A stretch of DNA of 64,000 nt from Bryobacterales bacterium. Lineage in GTDB: Bacteria > Acidobacteriota > Terriglobia > Bryobacterales > Bryobacteraceae. The stretch lies in assembly GCA_038230275.1 (NCBI GenBank), contig JBBRNO010000015.1, positions 17,641-81,640 on the forward strand, written 5' to 3'. Each line of letters starts with the position of its first letter. Positions within the stretch are counted from its first letter, which is position 1. The notes under the pieces were generated by a model that did no database searches, had not been told where the DNA came from, and was given only the letters and a program-made list of their open reading frames with translations. Below are positions 39,529 to 48,684 of the stretch, piece after piece. Made by a program: the position numbers and the translations under genes.

Positions 39529-40226
39529 CAGACGATGCGGAATTCTATATCGGGTATTTGCCGCGGGCTCCCCGGAACATCGGCCGATTTGTAGTGCGCA
39601 TCGTCGCGGCGCTCTGCGCCTTCGGCGCGGCCGCTGCCATTCTGTTGGTACTCTCTCAATCGCCCTTCGCCGCCAGCACTTTCGAATATCAGCAGTATCG
39701 CGAATACACCGGCACCATCGAAGCGTGGCCGTATCCCATCTTGTTAAGCAAGGGCCACAGCTTCCTTCTTGTCGCGCCCGGCAAACATGGCTTCACAGGA
39801 AACTCCACCAACGTCCGGCTCAAGGGCGCACTCATCCACAGAGAGGGTGTGGAAATGCTTGAGGTGCTGCCAGAGTCGGTAGTGCAAATTGCGGCCGCCA
39901 ATGGAACGGCTGATGCCACGGTGAGCCTGGGACAAGTGACTCTCTCGGGAGAAATTGTGGACAGCAAGTGCTACCTCGGTGTGATGAATCCCGGTCAAGG
40001 CAAAGTTCACCGGGACTGCGCCGTTCGCTGCATCAGCGGAGGGGTTCCTCCGGCTTTCGTGGTTTATGACGCGTCTGGTCAATCCAGAACCATCCTGCTC
40101 ACCGGCGCCGGCCGCGAGGTCCTGGACTACGTTGCCAAGCCGGTTCAGATTCGCGGCAGTTTACTGCGCAAGGGCTCCGTCTACGTTTTGCAAACGACTC
40201 TCCAGGGCATCCACCTCACGGAATAA
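39525..40226 (+). CDS. Membrane-anchored Cys-rich protein of unknown function
   Basis: 233 aa. One N-terminal TM helix, then the motif EIVDSKCYLGVMNPGQGKVHRDCAVRCISGGVPP. It overlaps the upstream gene by ATGA. Confidence 0.6.
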   Translation: MTDDAEFYIGYLPRAPRNIGRFVVRIVAALCAFGAAAAILLVLSQSPFAASTFEYQQYREYTGTIEAWPYPILLSKGHSFLLVAPGKHGFTGNSTNVRLKGALIHREGVEMLEVLPESVVQIAAANGTADATVSLGQVTLSGEIVDSKCYLGVMNPGQGKVHRDCAVRCISGGVPPAFVVYDASGQSRTILLTGAGREVLDYVAKPVQIRGSLLRKGSVYVLQTTLQGIHLTE

Positions 40227-40255
40227 ACCGCACGGCACGCCGGATAGTACAGGCA

Positions 40256-41974
40256 GTGCCGACCACTGCTCTCACCTCCGCCGCCATTGCAGACACTTAC
40301 TCCATACTGCAATCGCAAGAATTAGCCAAGCCGATTTCGGAGCGATTGCTGGACCATCTCGAAGTCAAATACAACCTCGCCGCGCGCGACCTGGATCGTA
40401 TCCCCCGCAAGGGCCCGGCGCTTGTCGTTTCGAATCATCCATTCGGCATTCTGGAAGGCGCGGTGCTGGCGACGGCTATGTTACGTCTTCGTCCGGATGT
40501 ACGATTCCTGGCGAACAGCTTGCTGGCGGTGATTCCGGAGCTGCGCGATCTGGTGATCCCCGTCGATCCCGACGGTTCAACGTCCGCCAACCCGGCGGCC
40601 CTGCGCAGAGCGCTGGAGTTTCTTAGGGGCGGGGGACTGCTGATTGTCTTTCCCGCAGGCGAGGTGTCCCATTTCCATTGGCGTCAAGCCTCCATCACAG
40701 ACCGCGCTTGGAGCCCCACCATCGCCAGAATGATTCAGATCATGGTGCGCCGGGGAATACCCGTGCCGGTATTTCCGGTCTTCATCGGCGGCGCCAATAG
40801 CCTGCTGTTTCAGGCCGCGGGCATGGTTCATGCAAAGTTGCGGACGGCGTTGCTCGCCCGCGAACTGCTGAACAAGCGCCGCACCACCGTGGATGTGCGC
40901 ATTGGCAGCCCAATCGACGGCCAGAAGCTGATGGGGATCCCGAGCGACGAAGAGCGAATTCAGTATCTGCGCTGGCGGACCTATTTGCTGGCCAACCGAA
41001 GCCCGTTCAAAGCGAACACCCGAGTTCGTGCCGCCACACGTCCGCGCAAAAACTTGGAGCCCGTCGCACCCGCGGCCGATGCCCTGCGGATGATTCACGA
41101 GGTATCCTTACTCCGGCCCGATGAGTGCCTGGCAAAATCGGGCGACCTCAAAGTCTACCTCGCCCATGCGCAGCGAATTCCCGCCGTGCTGCAAGAGATT
41201 GGACGCTTGCGGGAGATCACGTTTCGCGCCGTGGGCGAGGGTACAGGAAAGGCACGCGACCTTGATTCCTTCGACGTTCACTATCTTCACCTATTCGTCT
41301 GGCACTCCGTGAATCACGAAGTCGTAGGCGCCTACCGTCTGGGCACAGTGGATGGCCCGCTGTACACCGCGTCGCTCTTTCAATACGGCCGCGCGTTTCT
41401 CGAAAGACTCGGACCGGCAGTTGAGCTAGGCCGGTCTTTCATTCGCGCCGAATATCAGAAGGGCTTCACGCCCTTACTGTTGCTCTGGAAAGGGATCGGC
41501 AAATTCATTGCCAGGAACCCGCGGTACAAGACACTCTTTGGACCGGTGAGTATCAGCAACCAATATCAGTCGATATCCCGCGAGTTGATGGTCTCCTTCC
41601 TGGAACGCCACGCATCGCTGCGGGGATGGAGAGAGCTGATCACGAACCGCATTCCCTTCCGGAGTAAGCACGCGGGCCAGATGCTCCAGCCCAATGTGCC
41701 CAGCAACGTGTTCGGACTGGAGGAACTGTCCGTTGTTGTCTCCGACCTGGAACCGAATCACGCCGGAGTGCCGGTGTTGCTGCGCCAGTATCTGCGTCTT
41801 GGCGGCAAGCTGTTGGGGTTCAACGTGGACCCCGAATTTTCAGATGCCTTGGATGGGCTGATCCTCGTGGATCTAACCCAGACGGAACCAAAACTACTTG
41901 AGCGCTACCTCGGCAAGAACGAGGCCGCTCAATTTCTCGCCTTTCAGGAGACTCGGCAATATGCCACACAGTAG
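40256..41974 (+). CDS. Bifunctional acyltransferase: PlsC-like O-acyltransferase plus OlsB-like (hemolysin-type GNAT) N-acyltransferase; OlsF-like
   Basis: The N-terminal domain has VVSNHPFGILEG and VFPAGEVSHF. The C-terminal domain has LREITFRAVGEGTGKARDLDSFDVHYLHLFVW...VVGAYRLG. Confidence 0.75.
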   Translation: MPTTALTSAAIADTYSILQSQELAKPISERLLDHLEVKYNLAARDLDRIPRKGPALVVSNHPFGILEGAVLATAMLRLRPDVRFLANSLLAVIPELRDLVIPVDPDGSTSANPAALRRALEFLRGGGLLIVFPAGEVSHFHWRQASITDRAWSPTIARMIQIMVRRGIPVPVFPVFIGGANSLLFQAAGMVHAKLRTALLARELLNKRRTTVDVRIGSPIDGQKLMGIPSDEERIQYLRWRTYLLANRSPFKANTRVRAATRPRKNLEPVAPAADALRMIHEVSLLRPDECLAKSGDLKVYLAHAQRIPAVLQEIGRLREITFRAVGEGTGKARDLDSFDVHYLHLFVWHSVNHEVVGAYRLGTVDGPLYTASLFQYGRAFLERLGPAVELGRSFIRAEYQKGFTPLLLLWKGIGKFIARNPRYKTLFGPVSISNQYQSISRELMVSFLERHASLRGWRELITNRIPFRSKHAGQMLQPNVPSNVFGLEELSVVVSDLEPNHAGVPVLLRQYLRLGGKLLGFNVDPEFSDALDGLILVDLTQTEPKLLERYLGKNEAAQFLAFQETRQYATQ

Positions 41975-42365
41975 AGCATTCACAATTACCAGCTGGCTGC
42001 TGCGGGGAACCGTGGCCGTCATTCTGTTGCAAACCCTTTTCTTCAAATTCACCGGAGCGAAGGAATCGGTCTACATCTTCTCGACACTCGGATTGGAGCC
42101 CTGGGGCCGGATTGGCTCCGGCGTTGCCGAGTTGATCGCCGCCATCCTGGTGCTCTTGCCGAGTACCCTGATTTTCGGCGCAGCCTTGTCGCTGGCGGTC
42201 ATCAGCGGCGCCATCGCCGGGCACCTAACGAAGTTGGGGATTGCGCTGCCGGCCGTGGGCGATCATGGCGAGCTCTTCGCTCTCGCTGTCATCGTTTTCG
42301 TTTGCTCGGCGGCCGTTCTGATTTTGCACCGGCGGGAGCTTCCGTTCCAGACACAATCTGATTAG
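41961..42365 (+). CDS. DoxX-family membrane protein
   Basis: 134 aa with four hydrophobic helices. The ATG at 41961 overlaps the upstream gene's end by 14 nt. Confidence 0.65.
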   Translation: MPHSRAFTITSWLLRGTVAVILLQTLFFKFTGAKESVYIFSTLGLEPWGRIGSGVAELIAAILVLLPSTLIFGAALSLAVISGAIAGHLTKLGIALPAVGDHGELFALAVIVFVCSAAVLILHRRELPFQTQSD

Positions 42366-43850
42366 CTCCACCACCCGCATCGGTCTCGCTCCTGCCTCGC
42401 AGTTCCTCGCTCCAATCTCAAATGCAAGGGCCCACTGCCGGAACATCACGCGGTAGGCCTCCCACACGCTCACCGCAGGGTCGTAGACGTGCGTGGCTTC
42501 GGAAGAAACTCCGTTCAATTCAATCACTCGGAACTCGCCGTTCCGCAAAGCTTCCAACGATGGAGTACGAACGTCGTAGCGGCCGAAGTAGAAGCCGGCA
42601 TATGCTTTGCTGACGCGGTCGACGGCTTCTTCCAAAGCCGGTGTGCGGTACTGCCCGCCGTCCAGAAAGACGGCGCCGCGGCAATGGGATCCGAGTTCCA
42701 CCAGTTGGACGCGCTCTCCGCAAGCGGGCACGCTGTCCATTGGCGCCTTGCAGGATTGTCGGTAAATGGATGCCATGCAGACCGCGCGGGAATCGCGCAG
42801 GGTTAGCTCGGCCAGAGTGCTACGGCCGTCGCCTTCCAGCGACGGGAATTGTTTGAGCGTAATCGAGAAGATGGCGCCGCGGGGTTTGTCTGGAAGCCGG
42901 TAGTAGAACAGACCAAATTCCATCCCACCGATGTATCGCTGGATGATGGTGTCACCGGATGCAGCGTCCAGATAGGACCGCAACTCTTCCCGCGACCGGA
43001 TCACGGCGACGCCCGCTCCACGCTCACCGACATCGGGTTTGAGAACCACCGGAAACTCCAATGCGTGATCCTTCATGAATTGTTCCGCGTGCTGCATCTT
43101 CTCTGAAGAGAGTAATGCAAACTCCGCCACCGCACCGTGTTCACCGCTCAGCCGGGTAAGTATGTCCGACTTCGATTCGCCCACCAATCCGCCGCCCGGA
43201 ATGCCGGGGTTTGCCGCGGTGAAGAGGGTGATTGACCGATGCTTGATCGCCAGCAAGAGAAAGTACGGAATCAGTGGAAGATAGGCAAGCCAAGACGGCC
43301 AAAACTCCCAGCGAACGATGCGCCGCAGAGATCCGATCAGACGCCGGCGCCTCGAGGAACTAATCGATCGCAGACCCAGCACCATTGCCGCCACAGCGCC
43401 TACTAGAAGACTCGAATTGCTGCTTTTGAGGAACCGATCGCCGAACAGCACCGTTGCGCCGACCAGCAAGGGCGTCCATACCGTTGCCGCCAGAAGCAGG
43501 TATGCGGCGAACTGCCAGAAGCGGCCGCGAAGAAAGCCAGCTGCTAGGTACGTCGGAAGCCGCAGGCCCGGTGTGAAACGGCTGAGAAAAATGACGACGG
43601 AACCCCGAGCCGCCAACCACGTTCCGGCGCTGGCCAGCTTGTCCGCTGGTACCCAATGCGACACGGAACGTCCGAACAACCGGCCAGTTAGAAACAGGAG
43701 CAGATCTCCGCAGAAGATTCCAGTCAGGCAAGCCAGGGTGCCGGCGAAGAAGCCAAGGTGGCCCTGGGAGACCAGTACGCCGGTAGCAATGCAAGTCAGG
43801 TCTTCACTGGCAAAGGTGGCTAGAGCAATGAGCAGTAATTGTAAGGGCAT
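42225..43850 (-). CDS. Fusion protein: DedA/VTT membrane domain plus a C-terminal ATP-grasp domain
   Basis: The N-terminus has FASEDLTCIATG...LSRFTPGLRLPTYLAAG (DedA signature). The C-terminus has FPVVLKPDVGERGAGVAVI...IIQRYI...FRVIELNG (ATP-grasp layout). The start is taken at the ATG at 43850. Confidence 0.75.
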   Translation of the reverse strand: MPLQLLLIALATFASEDLTCIATGVLVSQGHLGFFAGTLACLTGIFCGDLLLFLTGRLFGRSVSHWVPADKLASAGTWLAARGSVVIFLSRFTPGLRLPTYLAAGFLRGRFWQFAAYLLLAATVWTPLLVGATVLFGDRFLKSSNSSLLVGAVAAMVLGLRSISSSRRRRLIGSLRRIVRWEFWPSWLAYLPLIPYFLLLAIKHRSITLFTAANPGIPGGGLVGESKSDILTRLSGEHGAVAEFALLSSEKMQHAEQFMKDHALEFPVVLKPDVGERGAGVAVIRSREELRSYLDAASGDTIIQRYIGGMEFGLFYYRLPDKPRGAIFSITLKQFPSLEGDGRSTLAELTLRDSRAVCMASIYRQSCKAPMDSVPACGERVQLVELGSHCRGAVFLDGGQYRTPALEEAVDRVSKAYAGFYFGRYDVRTPSLEALRNGEFRVIELNGVSSEATHVYDPAVSVWEAYRVMFRQWALAFEIGARNCEAGARPMRVVELIRLCLERKLPPVQNQNGRRANENDDSESEELAMIAHGRQRNPQLR

Positions 43851-44520
43851 GGGATTCGAGTCCGTCGTAGTAGAAGTCAATCTGCGCATCCGACACTTTC
43901 ACCCTGCTGAAGCTGACGGTCCTGGCATCAGGCCGCTGCATGAATGTGGAATACGCGTCTGGCGCCTGACCAACGCTGTAGTGGAAAGCGTTGAGCACCG
44001 TGGCGTCCAGCTTCCCGAGGCGCTGCACAAGCCGTTCGAATTCCAGCCGGCGCCGGGCACAGACTTCGCGTGTGTCGAATGACGAAGAAGTCAGTGGTAC
44101 GCAGCGATCGCCATCGAGTACGACCGAGAGTTGAACGCCATCCCACTCCAGAACGGCGGCGGGCCGATGGGGCTCCAGGGCAACGATCGTGAAGGGAGCG
44201 TATACCGAAAGGTCGTTGTTCGACGCTCGCTCCGCGGCATCGTCGACAGAGTGTGATGTCATCAGGTCCAGCAGCAACAGCCCCCGGCTTCTGTGGCTAG
44301 CGGCGCGAGATCCATTCCCGTTCAGCAGGCAGACGGACACGCCGAACTGGTTCGCACCAATCCACGATCCTCCGAAATCTCCATCGGCGGGCGCGATGAA
44401 TCGCACGCCATCCCGTGTCCCGATTCGTGGTGGAGTGGCCTGCGCGCGAGTTCTTTTCTCATCCCGGTTGCAGAACAACTGGTATCCATCGCCGTCATGC
44501 ACCCAACTCACCGTGCACAT
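43804..44520 (-). CDS. NRDE (TANGO2-like) family protein with Cys2
   Basis: The sequence starts MCTVSW and contains the family-name motif in FCNRDE. Confidence 0.8.
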   Translation of the reverse strand: MCTVSWVHDGDGYQLFCNRDEKRTRAQATPPRIGTRDGVRFIAPADGDFGGSWIGANQFGVSVCLLNGNGSRAASHRSRGLLLLDLMTSHSVDDAAERASNNDLSVYAPFTIVALEPHRPAAVLEWDGVQLSVVLDGDRCVPLTSSSFDTREVCARRRLEFERLVQRLGKLDATVLNAFHYSVGQAPDAYSTFMQRPDARTVSFSRVKVSDAQIDFYYDGLESHALTITAHCSSHLCQ

Positions 44521-45047
44521 CAGGCGGCCGCTTTTCTGGCCAGGTGACGCAAGGTGGACGGCGCCATCCCGAAGTCAGGATTTACCGCGAGGCCATGCGC
44601 CCTAAGTGTCATCGCGATCAAGGCAAAGTGGTGGATGGTATGGCTGCTGAGCACTTGGAGTTCGCGTCCCACCGAAGATGGCAGGTAGCCAAATTCTTCC
44701 ATCCGCACGCCGACAGCGGAGTCGCGTCGGAGGTTCAAGGTTGTCTCCAGGCGACGGATAATCGAACAGATCTTTCCTGTAGCGGCCGAACGGCTGTTCT
44801 CCACCATCTCGTCCCGTTTCCGCGCGTCGTAGTCGATGCGCCCTGTAACGAGGCCATCCAGGAAGCATTCATAGAACTCCAGAATGTGCCGCAGGTGGCC
44901 TCCCACGCGATGAGGCGCCAATGCATGCGGCGACGTGCTGAAGGTTGCGTCGTCAATCGATTGAACAATGGCAAGCGCCTGCCGCAGCCAGGTTATGTTG
45001 ACTTCCACCAGGACGGCCTGCCGGATATACAGTGTGTTGTTTTCCAT
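44520..45047 (-). CDS. DinB-family protein
   Basis: HLRHILEFYECFL ... HTIHHFALI, the DinB His-triad layout. Its TGA overlaps the next ATG (TGATG). Confidence 0.7.
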   Translation of the reverse strand: MENNTLYIRQAVLVEVNITWLRQALAIVQSIDDATFSTSPHALAPHRVGGHLRHILEFYECFLDGLVTGRIDYDARKRDEMVENSRSAATGKICSIIRRLETTLNLRRDSAVGVRMEEFGYLPSSVGRELQVLSSHTIHHFALIAMTLRAHGLAVNPDFGMAPSTLRHLARKAAA

Positions 45048-45120
45048 CGCGGTCTATGGCAGGGATATCCGTTCGGCCCCGCGATTTATTCCCGGGAATA
45101 ACCGGCTGCCGGGAAGCATT

Positions 45121-45951
45121 ATGAGTGCAACCATGCACACTTTCCCTTCTTTCCTTAGACGCCATTGGCCGGAATACTTGATGGAGGCCGCGGGGCTTGC
45201 TACTTTCATGTTCACCGCATGCGCTTTCGGGGTGCTGCTGGGGCATCCGGGGTCTCCGTTGCACCAGGCAATTGGCAGCGACCTTCTGCGGCGGTCGGTG
45301 ATGGGCGTCGCCATGGGGACCACGGCCATCGGCCTTGTCTACTCTCCCTGGGGGCAGCGTTCCGGAGCTCACCTGAATCCGGCGCTGACATTCTCCTACT
45401 GTCTGTTGGGAAAGGTGGAGCGCTGGGATGCTTTCTTCTACATCTCCGCTCAGTTTCTTGGCGGTGTTAGCGGTGTTCTGATTGCCGACTTCCTGATTGG
45501 CTTTCCGCTGCGTCACTCGGCGGTGAACTACGTCGTCACGGTGCCCGGACCACGCGGACCGAGCGCCGCGTTTTGGGCCGAGGCCGTCATCTCTCTGATC
45601 ATGATGTTGACAGTGCTGGCCGTGTCCAATTCGAAGCGGCTGCATCGCTGGACTCCACTCTTCGCGGGCTTCCTGATTGCACTTTATATTACGGTGGAAT
45701 CGCCCATTTCCGGAATGAGCATGAATCCGGCGCGAACCTTCAGCTCGGCATTTCCGGCGCAGGACTGGACGTCAATCTGGATCTACTTCACGGCACCGCT
45801 ACTGGGAATGTTGGCGGCGGGTCAAATCTATCTCTTGCGGCATGGCGCGCAAGGAATCTTTTGCGCCAAACTTCATCACTCGAACAGCGCGCGCTGTATC
45901 TTCCGCTGTAATTTCGCAGCACTCAGGAGCATCTCCAATGAATCACTCTGA
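45121..45951 (+). CDS. MIP/aquaporin family channel
   Basis: Two NPA boxes (HLNPALT, MNPARTF). Start at the ATG at 45121. Confidence 0.88.
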   Translation: MSATMHTFPSFLRRHWPEYLMEAAGLATFMFTACAFGVLLGHPGSPLHQAIGSDLLRRSVMGVAMGTTAIGLVYSPWGQRSGAHLNPALTFSYCLLGKVERWDAFFYISAQFLGGVSGVLIADFLIGFPLRHSAVNYVVTVPGPRGPSAAFWAEAVISLIMMLTVLAVSNSKRLHRWTPLFAGFLIALYITVESPISGMSMNPARTFSSAFPAQDWTSIWIYFTAPLLGMLAAGQIYLLRHGAQGIFCAKLHHSNSARCIFRCNFAALRSISNESL

Positions 45952-47652
45952 CGTCATCATCATCGGCACCGGCGCCGGCGGTGGAACCCTCTTACACAAA
46001 TTGGCTGAGACCGGCAAACGGATTCTCATTCTGGAACGCGGTGACTACGTAAGGCGCGAGAAGGACAACTGGAACACTCGTGCCGTTAACGTGGAAGGGA
46101 AGTATCAGACCAAAGAAGTCTGGCACGACCGTGACGGCCATCCGCTGCACCCGCATACGAACTACTGCGTGGGCGGAAACACCAAGTTCTATGGCGCCGC
46201 TTTGTTTCGCCTGCGCAAGGAAGACTTTGGCGAGATTCACCACTACGGCGGCCTCTCGCCTGCGTGGCCCATCTCCTACGATGACCTTGAGCCCTACTAC
46301 GCGAAGGCGGAAGCACTGCACCATGTTCATGGAAATCGCGGGGAAGACCCTACCGAGCCAAATGCCTGCTGCGCCTACCCGCACCCGGCCGTCAGCCACG
46401 AACCGCGGATGCAAGCGCTGAGTGACGACTTCGCCCGCTTGGGTTTGAAGCCGTTTCATACACCGCTGGGCGTGATGTTGGACGAGCGCGATCCGCGCAA
46501 GAGCAAGTGCATCCGCTGCGGCACCTGCGATGGTTTTCCTTGCCCGGTGTATGCCAAGGCCGATGCGCAGGTGTGCTCAGTGGACCCGGCGCTGGCCATG
46601 CGGAACGTTACGCTGCTGACGAACGCGATGGTGGAGCGGCTGGAAACCAGTGCATCGGGTAGGGAAGTTTCGAAGGTGATTGTGAGGCGGGACGGAGTGC
46701 GCGAGGAGTGTTCGGCCGCCATCGTGGTGGTCTCCTGCGGCGCCATCAATTCCGCGGCCCTGCTGCTGCGCTCGGCGAATGAGCGGCATCCGAATGGGCT
46801 GGCCAATGGATCCGATGTGGTGGGCCGCCACTACTGTAGTGTCTGCGAATTGGGTGGACACTACCGGAAACCTCTCCTTTACAGTCGCGGCTCGGAAACT
46901 ACTGTTGCAGCAACGAGTCCGAGACCGAGCCGCGCGCGTGAGCAAGCCGTTTCTTGTGTCCAGCTATTTGTCGGACAGTACACTACATGGGCTATATCAA
47001 TTCGGTGCTGATGGCTCTCTCCAAGTGTCCGAATCCGACGGTGTTTCAGGAGACGCTCTCGATCAACGATTTCTACTTCGGAGCACCCGAGTGGGAGTAT
47101 CCGATGGGCCACATCTCCTTCGTTGGAAAGTTGGATGGCGAGACGCTGAAAGCTGGCGCGCCGGCCATTGCGCCCGGTTTCACGCTGGACCTGATGGCGA
47201 ACCACTCACTGGACTTCTGGCTCACCTCGGAAGACTTACCCGATCCGGACAATCGAGTGACCCTTGACCGCGAAGGCAACATTGTCCTCTCCTACCAATT
47301 GGCTAACGAAGAGGGCCACAACCGGCTGATTGCCAAGTTGAAGCATCTGTTGCAACAGCAGTCGGCTTGCGCGGTTCATGGCCACGGATGCCATCAAGGG
47401 TTGTTCGCGCGCAATCTGTTTCTGGGGCAGCGCATCCCGCTGGCCGGCGTGGCGCATCAGAACGGAACCATCCGTTTTGGACACGATCCCAAGACATCCG
47501 CTCTGGACATCCATTGCAAAGCGCATGAGTTGGACAATCTTTATGTCGTGGATGGCAGTTTCTTCCCGTCTAGCGCGGCGGTGAATCCTGCCCTCACCAT
47601 CATGGCTAATGCACTCCGTGTTGGCGACCATTTGATTGAGAGGCTCCATTAA
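45938..47652 (+). pseudogene. GMC family oxidoreductase split by a 152-bp insertion
   Basis: The N-terminal part has DVIIIGTGAGGGTL...VVGRHY (ending at 46834). The C-terminal part resumes MGYINSVLMALSK...HQNGTIRFG...LYVVDGSFFPSSAAVNPALTIMA from 46987, in a different frame. Removing 46835-46986 restores a 520-codon ORF. Confidence 0.85.
46835..46986. mobile_element. 152-bp non-autonomous, hairpin-rich insertion (MITE / REP / IS200-IS605-derived type)
   Basis: CACTAC occurs at the left flank (46829-46834) and as the last 6 nt of the insert (46981-46986). The ends are related in inverted orientation: GTAGTGT-CTG..CGA..TGGACAC versus the reverse complement GTAGTGTACTG..CGA..TGGACAC. Internal hairpins pair 46836-46843 with 46857-46864 (8 bp), 46886-46895 with 46925-46934 (10 bp), and 46956-46960 with 46972-46976 (5 bp). 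Confidence 0.7.
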
Positions 47653-48656
47653 TGTTGCGTCGAACATTTCTCACGTTTCTTGTTTTGGCTGGCGCGATTG
47701 CTGCTTCGGAGCGCAAGTCGCTGGTCTCAGCCCTGGATTCCATCGGGCTTACCGTCTCCGATCTCGACCGCTCTGTCGAATTCTATTCTCAGGTGCTGTC
47801 CTTTGAAAAGGTCTCCGAAGTGGAGTTGGATGGCGCCGCCTACGAACATCTACAAGGCGTCTTTGGGTTGCGTACGCGAACCGCTCGTACGCGCCTGGGT
47901 GATGAGTTCATTGAACTGACGGAATACCTGGCGCCGAAAGGGCGTCCGGCGCCTGTAGACGCCCGCAGCAACGACCGTTGGTTCCAACATGTCGCGATCA
48001 TCGTAAGCGATATGGACAGCGCCTATGGCGTGCTGCGGGACCATAAAGTGCAGCACGCCTCGACTGGGCCGCAGCTACTGCCGGAGTGGAACAAGAACGC
48101 CGCCGGCATCCGTGCTTTCTACTTTCGCGACCCGGACGGGCACCCGCTGGAGATCCTGGCATTTCCGGCAGGCAAAGGAAATGCGAAGTGGCACAAGACT
48201 GCCGAAAAGCTGTTTCTGGGAATAGACCACACGGCCATTGTGATTACAGAAACAGAGAAAAGCTTAGCGTTCTACCGCGACATTCTCGGTCTGCAAGTGG
48301 TTGGGGAGAGCGAGAATTACGGGCCTGAACAGGAGCGGCTGAACAACGTTTTTGGAGCCCGGCTGCACATCACCGCATTACGCGCGGCTTCCGGCCCCGG
48401 CATCGAGTTTCTGGAGTATCTCGCTCCCGGGGATGGCCGTCCCTATCCGCCAGATGAACGATCGAACGATCTGCTTCACTGGCAAACCAAGTTTTCCGGT
48501 ATTGGCGTGTTGGAAGCCGCGCAGGATTTCCGGAAGTTCCGGTCAGCCCTCATCTCGACCGGCGTTGTGGAGTTGCCGGATGCGAAGGCGAAGCTCCGGA
48601 AGTCGATTATCGTTCGCGATCCGGATGGCCACGCCGTGCAGATCGTGGAAGAGTAG
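47652..48656 (+). CDS. Two-domain VOC (glyoxalase/dioxygenase) family protein with a signal peptide
   Basis: Duplicated VOC modules (GLTVSDLDRSVEFY..., IDHTAIVITETEKSLAFYRDILG...). Its start overlaps the GMC stop (TAATG). Confidence 0.8.
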   Translation: MLRRTFLTFLVLAGAIAASERKSLVSALDSIGLTVSDLDRSVEFYSQVLSFEKVSEVELDGAAYEHLQGVFGLRTRTARTRLGDEFIELTEYLAPKGRPAPVDARSNDRWFQHVAIIVSDMDSAYGVLRDHKVQHASTGPQLLPEWNKNAAGIRAFYFRDPDGHPLEILAFPAGKGNAKWHKTAEKLFLGIDHTAIVITETEKSLAFYRDILGLQVVGESENYGPEQERLNNVFGARLHITALRAASGPGIEFLEYLAPGDGRPYPPDERSNDLLHWQTKFSGIGVLEAAQDFRKFRSALISTGVVELPDAKAKLRKSIIVRDPDGHAVQIVEE

Positions 48657-48684
48657 TTCCACCAAAATCACAAGGAGAATTTCT

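Noticed and set aside
44968-45120. Upstream extension of the aquaporin ORF that overlaps the DinB gene start
   Set aside because: The extension is not hydrophobic or MIP-like. The ATG at 45121 precedes the first TM helix.
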